A DNA stretch of 64,000 bases from Candidatus Omnitrophota bacterium. Lineage in GTDB: Bacteria > Omnitrophota > Gorgyraeia > Zapsychrales > Zapsychraceae. Positions 57,083-64,000 of the stretch are shown one piece after another. The stretch is from positions 13,774 through 77,773 of the forward strand of contig JAHFGL010000008.1 in assembly GCA_023247445.1 (NCBI GenBank), written 5' to 3'. The notes below the pieces were generated by a model. It was given only the letters and a program-made list of their open reading frames with translations. It did no database searches and was not told the DNA's origin. Each line of letters starts with the position of its first letter. Position 1 is the first letter of the stretch. The translations under genes and the position numbers were made by a program.

Positions 57083-58570
57083 ATGAATAAAACTACTAAG
57101 TTTCTTGATTTGTTTGGTTTAATAAGTATAGGGATATTCTCTCTAGGATATATCTGGCTCAATGTCCCATTGGCTGAACTTCATATCCAATTGTCTTTTT
57201 TGGACTTCCCAATATTTATTGGTGAAATATTACTGTTTATATGCCTAGTGATATTTATTTTTAGATGTGGAATCACGCCCCTCAAACTTAACCGATGGTA
57301 TTATGTGTTGATCCCTTATTTAATTTTTGTCATTACTAAAGCGCTCATAGGATACACACAATATGGCCCGTTGGCATTTCGAGACGCGGCCTTATTTTAT
57401 TATCCTCTCTTTATTCTTTTAGGTTATTGTTTTTATCAACGCGATTATTTTAGCAGCCCATGGATTTTCTTGATTTTCTTACCTATTGTATTAATTTTAT
57501 TTTCTATGGAAAGCACATTTACCGTTCATTGGGCACTGAGTTGTTCTATCCTAGGATTTGCCCTGCTCGTGGCATATCCGAATAAACTCTGGAGATACGC
57601 CCTGTTAGCTGTCCTAGTGGCAGTCACTCCGTATAAACTTTTTTTTCACACGTCTCGAATGATGCTGGTAAGCAATATTATCACGGGAATATATTTGATA
57701 ATTGTCTTCTATATTATTATACCGTTTAATAGAAAAATTAAGCTGATGTTTGTTATTTTAGGAATCCTTTTCTTTGGTGCTGGAACGTTTATGTTGTCAT
57801 ATACAGCTAGAGCAAAATCCATCATCAGTTTGAGAGAATTGATTATTTTGTACAATGAATACGATAAGGTTATTCAACAAAAGATGGATCATTATAAATT
57901 AATGAAGGTAAATAAAATTAGACTATTTAACGAGGAGAGTAAAGAAAACGATTTATATGCGTATTTTAAGATGGAAGAATTTAGGAAAAAAGAACTGCCG
58001 GATTCCCATACAGAAATATCAGACGCCGGTATGCCTAAGGATTTTAAGGGATATTCTACACCCATAGAGATAATACAGGTGGGAGAAAAAGTTGTTAAAC
58101 AATATGGAATCCCAATTGGGTATTATCATAATGCGCTTTTTCGTCTTTTTATTTGGAGAGATATGATAAATGAATTGAAGAAAGGTAAACCCATTTTCGG
58201 CTTTAGTTTTGGGAAGCCATTGCGTTCAATCAGCCTGGAAATTCTTAATTGGGGAACAGTCGAGTGGGAACGAGATGGCTGGATCGCCCCGCATAACTCA
58301 TATTTGCATATCATTTATCGATCAGGTCTTGTGGGAATTCTATTTATATTAACTATCCTTATTATGTTGTTTAGGATGATTATAATATTTATCCAAGCAA
58401 AATCAGTTATCGGCGTACTATTGTGCGGGATTATTATCAATTGGTTTGTAGCGGCGAATTTTTTATTGATATTCGAACTTCCCTACACGGCAATACCTAT
58501 TTGGAGTTTGTACGGGATAACATTGGCTTATTGTTATAAACCTCCTTTGGATAAAAAGAAAGATTCGTAA
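57083..58570 (+). CDS. O-antigen ligase / Wzy_C-domain membrane protein (WaaL, Wzy or PglL-like)
   Basis: Many TM helices, SR motif, R..IW, P.FG..FG, PHNSYL...GLVG. Confidence 0.75.
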   Translation: MNKTTKFLDLFGLISIGIFSLGYIWLNVPLAELHIQLSFLDFPIFIGEILLFICLVIFIFRCGITPLKLNRWYYVLIPYLIFVITKALIGYTQYGPLAFRDAALFYYPLFILLGYCFYQRDYFSSPWIFLIFLPIVLILFSMESTFTVHWALSCSILGFALLVAYPNKLWRYALLAVLVAVTPYKLFFHTSRMMLVSNIITGIYLIIVFYIIIPFNRKIKLMFVILGILFFGAGTFMLSYTARAKSIISLRELIILYNEYDKVIQQKMDHYKLMKVNKIRLFNEESKENDLYAYFKMEEFRKKELPDSHTEISDAGMPKDFKGYSTPIEIIQVGEKVVKQYGIPIGYYHNALFRLFIWRDMINELKKGKPIFGFSFGKPLRSISLEILNWGTVEWERDGWIAPHNSYLHIIYRSGLVGILFILTILIMLFRMIIIFIQAKSVIGVLLCGIIINWFVAANFLLIFELPYTAIPIWSLYGITLAYCYKPPLDKKKDS

Positions 58571-58571
58571 T

Positions 58572-59564
58572 ATGTATTGGAGAAATAAAAAAGTTCTAGT
58601 GACAGGTGCCGATGGTTTTATCGGAAGCCATTTGGTTGAGGAGTTGTTGGCTCGCGGGGCTAAAGTAAAGGCTTTCGTGTATTATAACGCGTTCAATAGC
58701 TGGGGATGGCTGGATACCTTGCCCGAAGAGTTCATGAAGAAAGTTGAAGTGTTTACCGGTGATGTGCGGGATTCCAATGGGGTTTTAAAGGCGTTTGAAA
58801 AAGCAGATGTTGTTTTCCATTTGGCGGCATTGATTGGAATTCCCTTCAGCTATCACTCACCAGATAGCTATGTCGATACCAATATTAAAGGAACGCTTAA
58901 TATTTTACAGGCGGCTAAGAAAAGCCGCGTGGAAAAAGTGATACACACTTCGACGAGCGAGGTTTATGGAACAGCGCAATACACTCCTATCGATGAATCG
59001 CATCCGATTAACCCGCAGTCCCCTTACGCGGCGACAAAATCGGCTGCCGATGATCTGGTCTTGTCATTTTACCGATCCTTTGATGTTCCGGTGGCCATCT
59101 TGCGTCCTTTTAATACTTTCGGGCCGCGGCAGTCCGCGAGAGCGGTTATTCCCACTATTTTATCCCAAATATGCGCGGGCCATAAAGTGATTAGACTTGG
59201 TAATCTGAAAGCTACGCGGGATTTTAATTATGTTAGCGATACTGTTGAAGCTTTCTTGAAAGTCGCTGAAGCTAAACAAACACCGGGTCAAGTTTTTAAC
59301 GCCGGCAGTAATACCGAAATCTCCATTCAAGAACTAGTTGACGTCATTCAAAACATAGCCAAGAGAAAAATAAAAGTGATTACGCAGGACCAGCGTCTTC
59401 GGCCGGAAAAAAGTGAAGTACAGCGGCTGGTTTGTAACGCAGATAAAATCAAGTCGGTCTGCGGCTGGGAAAGTCAAGTTTCTCTTAAAGAAGGGTTAAA
59501 GTTAACCTTGACCTGGATGAAGAAGAATTTACAACGATACAAAACAGGTATTTATAATGTCTAA
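58572..59564 (+). CDS. LegB-like NDP-GlcNAc 4,6-dehydratase
   Basis: VTGADGFIGSHL, YNAFNSWGWLD, LAALIGIPFSY, STSEVYGTA, PQSPYAATK, RPFNTFGPRQSARA. Confidence 0.8.
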   Translation: MYWRNKKVLVTGADGFIGSHLVEELLARGAKVKAFVYYNAFNSWGWLDTLPEEFMKKVEVFTGDVRDSNGVLKAFEKADVVFHLAALIGIPFSYHSPDSYVDTNIKGTLNILQAAKKSRVEKVIHTSTSEVYGTAQYTPIDESHPINPQSPYAATKSAADDLVLSFYRSFDVPVAILRPFNTFGPRQSARAVIPTILSQICAGHKVIRLGNLKATRDFNYVSDTVEAFLKVAEAKQTPGQVFNAGSNTEISIQELVDVIQNIAKRKIKVITQDQRLRPEKSEVQRLVCNADKIKSVCGWESQVSLKEGLKLTLTWMKKNLQRYKTGIYNV

Positions 59565-60273
59565 AATCCAAGCGGTTATACTCGCTGGAGGAAAAGGCTC
59601 ACGGCTAAGACCATATACGACCATCTTACCTAAACCTTTAATGCCGTTAGGGGGATTCCCCATCGCCGAGATAATCATCCGGCGGTTACGGCGGTTTGGT
59701 ATTACGAATATTGTTATCTCGACGGGTCATCTAGCTGAACTGATTGAGGCTTTTTTTGGCAGCGGGAAAAAGTGGGGTGTCAAAATTAGCTATATTCGTG
59801 AGGATACGCCTCGAGGAACGGCCGGGGCACTGCGGTTAGTGAAAAATCCGGAAAAAGATTTTCTGGTTATTAATGGAGACATATTGACGGACATATCTTT
59901 TAGCGAGTTACTTAAATTCCATAAAATTAAAGATAATATCGCGACCATTACCATTAAAGAACGCAAGGTTTTGACTGATTTCGGGGTTATTGAAACAAAC
60001 GCCCTCGGGGAGCTCACCGACTACATTGAGAAGCCGGAGCATAAGTCTTTTGTCAGCACCGGAATTTATATTTTCAATACAAGATGCCTGGAATACATCA
60101 GGCCAAACGAATCGGTTGGCATGCCCAAATTAATGTTAAGGATGAAAAACGCGGGTGAAACCATCAGCTGTTTTCCCACAAATTCGTTATGGCTTGATCT
60201 AGGAAGATTAGATGATTTCGAAGAGGCCCAGGCAATATTTACCAAGCACCAAAAGAGATTTCTCGTTGAATAA
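59557..60273 (+). CDS. Sugar-1-phosphate nucleotidyltransferase (PtmE-like, no CBS domains)
   Basis: LAGGKGSRLRPYT..PKPL, GTAG, NGD, EKP, WLDLG. Confidence 0.85.
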   Translation: MSKIQAVILAGGKGSRLRPYTTILPKPLMPLGGFPIAEIIIRRLRRFGITNIVISTGHLAELIEAFFGSGKKWGVKISYIREDTPRGTAGALRLVKNPEKDFLVINGDILTDISFSELLKFHKIKDNIATITIKERKVLTDFGVIETNALGELTDYIEKPEHKSFVSTGIYIFNTRCLEYIRPNESVGMPKLMLRMKNAGETISCFPTNSLWLDLGRLDDFEEAQAIFTKHQKRFLVE

Positions 60274-61198
60274 ATTGAAAGTTCTTATTACTGGGATCAG
60301 TGGTTTTTTAGGCTGCGCGCTATGGCGGTATTTTGAGCGCAGCAAATTTAATGTCCAAGTCTATGGACTGGATAAAGCGATCAAGAATGATACACGTAAG
60401 CTGTTCGGCTGTGACTTGGCGAAAAAAAGTAAACTCCGCCCCATTCTTCACTCTATTAAGCCAGATTTTATTTTTCATTTGGCTGGCGGCCGTATGCCCA
60501 ACTATAAAGCCTTATTTCAATCCAACTATTTGACAACCAAATGTTTACTGGAAACAATTATGGAAATCAGGCACTATAGTCCAAGAGTTGTCATCCCCGG
60601 TTCAGCGGTAGAATATGGACCTAGTCGCGGGAGCCGAAGAAGAATGAAGGAAACGGATATCCCTGCTCCAGAGACGACCTACGGGAGAATTAAACTTAAA
60701 CAGACTCATTTAGGACTGCGGTTTGCGAAGCAGGGAGCCGATGTAATAATTGCCAGAATTTTTAACGTAATGGGAGAGGGGACACCATCGGCTTTAGCCA
60801 TAGGCCAATTCGCCAAGCAGATTGTGATGATAGAACAGGGATGTAAAGAAAAGATAATATATACAAAAAATCTAGAAGGCAAAAGAGATTTTCTAGATGT
60901 TGATGATATCTCTGCGGCGCTTTGGGCTGTTGCGCGCTATGGTCAGTCAGGTGAGATTTATAATGTATGCTCCGGACGGCCATTTGAAATCAGAAAGGCA
61001 TTAAAGAAGCTTTTGTCTTTTTCGCGGGTAAAAAAGACCCTTGTTGTAGAAAATAAAAATAGTGGTTCATCAAGTTTTGATGTCATCGGGTCCAACGCGA
61101 AATTAAGGTCTATATCCGGATGGGTTCCCCAAGTTACTCTAGAACGCAGCTTGATCAACACCTTACACTGGTACCAAAATCAGAAAAATATCAATTAA
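60266..61198 (+). CDS. Extended SDR, Rmd-like NDP-4-keto-6-deoxyhexose reductase
   Basis: TGISGFLG, GSAVEYG, YGRIK, RIFN, FAKQI, RDFLDV; probable TTG start at 60266 or 60275. Confidence 0.7.
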   Translation: MNKLKVLITGISGFLGCALWRYFERSKFNVQVYGLDKAIKNDTRKLFGCDLAKKSKLRPILHSIKPDFIFHLAGGRMPNYKALFQSNYLTTKCLLETIMEIRHYSPRVVIPGSAVEYGPSRGSRRRMKETDIPAPETTYGRIKLKQTHLGLRFAKQGADVIIARIFNVMGEGTPSALAIGQFAKQIVMIEQGCKEKIIYTKNLEGKRDFLDVDDISAALWAVARYGQSGEIYNVCSGRPFEIRKALKKLLSFSRVKKTLVVENKNSGSSSFDVIGSNAKLRSISGWVPQVTLERSLINTLHWYQNQKNIN

Positions 61199-61202
61199 TA
61201 CA

Positions 61203-62429
61203 ATGCGAATATTAATCTGTCACAATTATTATAAAGTTCCGGGAGGGGAGGATAGTGTTGTTGAAGCGGAATATTCTCTTTTAAAGGATTTTGGCCACGA
61301 AGTTATTTTGTATAAACGCAGCAATACTGAATTGGATTCTTGTTCCCCAGCAGGTAAACTTAAGCATTTATTTAGCCTGGGATGGTCTTCCCAGACCCAC
61401 AAAGATATAAAGGCTTTGATTGAAAAGTTTAAGCCCGATGTAGCACATTTTCATAATATTTTTTATGTGATCACTCCGGCGGCGTATTTCGCCTGCAAAG
61501 AGCAAGGCGTCAGCGTTGTTCAAAGTCAGCATAATTTTAGGTTATCCTGTTCCAACGGCCTTTTTTACAGAAAAAATAGAGTTTGTGAGGATTGTTTAAA
61601 AAAATCGTTGTGGGAAGGGGTTTATCATGGTTGCTATAGAAATTCGTGTGTCCTAACTACTTTTATCGCTGGTATGCTGATGGACCACTGGAAAAAAGGG
61701 ACGTGGCAAAAAATGGTTGATGTTTATGTTACGGCTTCCCAGTTCGGCCGGCAGAAATTGGCTATGGCTGGTATTCCCGCGGATAAAATTGTTGTAAAAC
61801 CAAATTTTGTTTATCCAGATCCTGGAATGCGTGAAAGATTGCAGACCAAAGGGTATGCTCTTTATGTGGGTCGTTTGAGTCCAGAGAAGGGTGTTAAAGT
61901 CCTCATAGAAGCATGGCGATCTATACCTAATTTTACGCTTCGCGTCATCGGCGTCGGGCCGTTATCGGATTTTTTGAAGTCTTATGTTAAGCAGCATAAC
62001 ATTTCCAATGTGGAATTTCGTGGGTATGTTAATCACGAGGAATATGATAAGAGTATGCGGCAAGCCGCTTTTTTGATTGTGCCATCATTGGCCTACGAGA
62101 ATTTTCCCAGAGTGGTCGCTGAAGCCTTCGCTTATGGGGTTCCGGTCTTGGCAAGCCGTTTAGGGAGCTTGGAGGAAATTATTAAAGAAGAGGAGATGGG
62201 TTTATTGTCTGCACCTGGAGATATTTCGGAACTTAGCCAAAAAATTCATTGGATGATAACACATGAAGATGAATTATTGAAAATTTCTGCCAATGTCCGT
62301 CGGTTGTATGAAGAAAAATATACGGCAAAGAAGAATTATGAATGTTTGGTCAACATATATAACAAAGCTATGGGGCATCGGCAGAATAGCTGTGAGTCAT
62401 TAAGCTGCTTAGGAGGAGCGGATCAATGA
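61203..62429 (+). CDS. GT4 glycosyltransferase
   Basis: GGED, HFHN, YVGRLSPEKG, PSLAYENFPRVVAEAF. Confidence 0.9.
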   Translation: MRILICHNYYKVPGGEDSVVEAEYSLLKDFGHEVILYKRSNTELDSCSPAGKLKHLFSLGWSSQTHKDIKALIEKFKPDVAHFHNIFYVITPAAYFACKEQGVSVVQSQHNFRLSCSNGLFYRKNRVCEDCLKKSLWEGVYHGCYRNSCVLTTFIAGMLMDHWKKGTWQKMVDVYVTASQFGRQKLAMAGIPADKIVVKPNFVYPDPGMRERLQTKGYALYVGRLSPEKGVKVLIEAWRSIPNFTLRVIGVGPLSDFLKSYVKQHNISNVEFRGYVNHEEYDKSMRQAAFLIVPSLAYENFPRVVAEAFAYGVPVLASRLGSLEEIIKEEEMGLLSAPGDISELSQKIHWMITHEDELLKISANVRRLYEEKYTAKKNYECLVNIYNKAMGHRQNSCESLSCLGGADQ

Positions 62430-63886
62430 AAAGAATAGTTCATTTTTTAAAATCACAAAAAGCCTTTATCATCATTTTTTTGTTGTGTTTTTCCTATTGG
62501 GGTTATCTTTTCGTTAATTCCCAAATGGAAATAAAGTATGACGCCGTGGATTACGAGTATCTCGGTACGGTCATTTATCAACATGGGTGGGGACAATTTT
62601 TCAAACAGGGGCCTAACCGCGAACCTCTCTATCCATGGCTGATTGCTTCTTCAATGAATATTGCTCATGGGCTTGATATTCCCTACCAGCAAGTACAGAA
62701 GTTTTTGCAGATTATAATTTTGTTTATAACACAGCTGATGCTTCTTGCGCTGTTAAAGAAGGCAAAAATCCATAACGCCATCATCGGGGCGACGATTTTG
62801 TATTTTGGTTTTTCTCCAGCCATTGTTAATTCCACCTTTAGTCTTTATTCGGAAATAGCAGCTTATCCGTTTGTTCTTGGTATGATTTATTTTGGATATC
62901 TTTCGTGGAGAGATATCCATGTCGGTACCCTCTCCAAAGTTATGTGGTGGGGGATATTAATTTCTTTATCATTTATGGGCGCGGCATTTGTTAAGGCAAT
63001 ATTCCAATACATTTTTTTAATTTACTTGATTCCTTATGGTTATGTCGTACTATATTCTTTGATTAAAAAGGATAAAGGGGTTTTTGTTAAGGCATTCATC
63101 TTCATTATTGTTTCTAGTTCCATGCTTGTGTCGTCCGTTATTTCTTATCGATTTTTGAATAAATATTATAACGGCACGTTTGATTTTACGAACCGCTATG
63201 ATGTAAATCTCTTCGGCACAATAGCCAAACGAGTGGATCATCTAAGTCCGCAGTTGATGATGGCGCATCTGGCTTCGGTGCCAGGAACGGGGGTCTGCCG
63301 TGCATTCTTTAGCGAGGAGAACTGTAAATATTGTGAGTTTTTTGGCATGGATCAATATAGGGCAGCTATCTTGCCAGAGCTTCTTAGAAACAGGAGTATT
63401 ACAGATGGGGAAGATAGAAAGAGGGCAACGCTGTCCTTTGCTTTTGAGAAAATCAGCGAGAATCCTTTGCAGTATTTTTTTCTCACCGCTATTGAGAGTC
63501 TCAAAATGGCCTTTTGGGAATCAACACAGATAGGGTTCGTCCTTTATCCGCATTTTTTAAAACAACTTTTTAATTCCATGCCGATTAAAAATGGGATTAG
63601 ACTTTTAGTGTCATTGTTAACATATTTTTCTTTATTTTATATTATTGGTCAATTATACCGTTGGAGATCAAAACTTCGCGATTTTAAATCGGATGAGGTT
63701 GCGGGAATTCAGATTGGATTTTTTGTTTTGTTGATCATTGTGCCATTTACGGGTTTTTATGCTTTGTTTCCTATATTAACCCGTTTTGCTTTGCCTATTG
63801 CCGCGCTTTATCTGTTTTGCATCGCTTTTACAGCGCAGGGTCTCACATTCGGGAAAAAATTGCATAAGAAACCCGCGCAGGTATAA
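62426..63886 (+). CDS. Polytopic membrane protein, GT-C/ArnT-like candidate
   Basis: First-loop YDAVDY, REPLYP, SE, many TM segments, C-terminal RF..P. Confidence 0.55.
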   Translation: MKRIVHFLKSQKAFIIIFLLCFSYWGYLFVNSQMEIKYDAVDYEYLGTVIYQHGWGQFFKQGPNREPLYPWLIASSMNIAHGLDIPYQQVQKFLQIIILFITQLMLLALLKKAKIHNAIIGATILYFGFSPAIVNSTFSLYSEIAAYPFVLGMIYFGYLSWRDIHVGTLSKVMWWGILISLSFMGAAFVKAIFQYIFLIYLIPYGYVVLYSLIKKDKGVFVKAFIFIIVSSSMLVSSVISYRFLNKYYNGTFDFTNRYDVNLFGTIAKRVDHLSPQLMMAHLASVPGTGVCRAFFSEENCKYCEFFGMDQYRAAILPELLRNRSITDGEDRKRATLSFAFEKISENPLQYFFLTAIESLKMAFWESTQIGFVLYPHFLKQLFNSMPIKNGIRLLVSLLTYFSLFYIIGQLYRWRSKLRDFKSDEVAGIQIGFFVLLIIVPFTGFYALFPILTRFALPIAALYLFCIAFTAQGLTFGKKLHKKPAQV

Positions 63887-63928
63887 TCAGAAGATTTCCC
63901 CTAATAACAAAAGATTAAGGAGCTGAGA

Positions 63929-64000
63929 TTGATTAATATCGGAATTATTGGTTGCGGCCATTGGGGGCCCAATTATATACGCGTCTTTTCTCAATTACCA
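63929..64000 (+). CDS. Gfo/Idh/MocA oxidoreductase, 3'-truncated by window edge
   Basis: AAGGAG SD, then TTG-INIGIIGCGHWGPNYIRVFSQLP; not in the supplied ORF track. Confidence 0.7.
   Translation, partial: MINIGIIGCGHWGPNYIRVFSQLP

Noticed and set aside
526-63533. Numerous 60-142 aa minus-strand and alternate-frame ORFs in the track
   Set aside because: All overlap longer motif-bearing + strand genes and show no recognisable motifs; treated as shadow ORFs
1-64000. CRISPR arrays, tRNA/rRNA, IS elements, recoding (Sec/Pyl), taxonomic assignment
   Set aside because: No spaced repeats, RNA-gene signatures, transposase motifs or in-frame stops splitting domains were seen; no marker gene supports a taxon call

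Overview
The whole 64 kb is an internal segment of one very large, fully co-oriented (+ strand) surface-glycan / nucleotide-sugar biosynthesis cluster of about 60 tightly packed or overlapping CDSs, truncated at both ends. I saw no rRNA, tRNA, CRISPR array, transposase or convincing minus-strand gene. It is a string of modules. (1) 1-7.9 kb: methyltransferases, a HisC-like aminotransferase, a divergent KdsB, two Gfo/Idh/MocA enzymes, GmhA, a SerA-like dehydrogenase and an IMPase. (2) 9.9-22.5 kb: SDRs, an HldE-like fusion with reversed domain order, two DegT aminotransferases, a HAD, an APH-like kinase, a split transketolase, a SPASM/twitch radical SAM, RmlD-like and FkbM enzymes. (3) 22.5-43.1 kb: an ABC flippase and nonulosonic-acid genes, namely a Neisseria-like neuB and neuC split by a B12-radical SAM gene, plus a second SAF-less NeuB with phosphatase, epimerase, oxidoreductases and carbamoyltransferase, then orphan GT-B-like proteins, a Maf/DUF115 protein, a second B12-radical SAM and NeuA. 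(4) 43.1-50.9 kb: a second split transketolase, GT2, TIGR03032-like protein, an atypical sulfotransferase-fold protein, an SDR and a GT-C. (5) After a gene remnant and a near-consensus sigma70 promoter at about 51.07 kb: a third B12-radical SAM, a CDP-6-deoxyhexose pathway, GT2, O-antigen ligase/polymerase-like, LegB-like, GT4 and GT-C genes. The best leads are radical-SAM/B12 tailoring of sialic-acid-type sugars, an unusual possibly carbamoylated/epimerised nonulosonate, thiamine-dependent higher-carbon or branched sugar modules, candidate new ulosonyltransferases, and a palindromic element read in frame as a protein tail. All product calls come from motifs recognised by eye; no database search was run.
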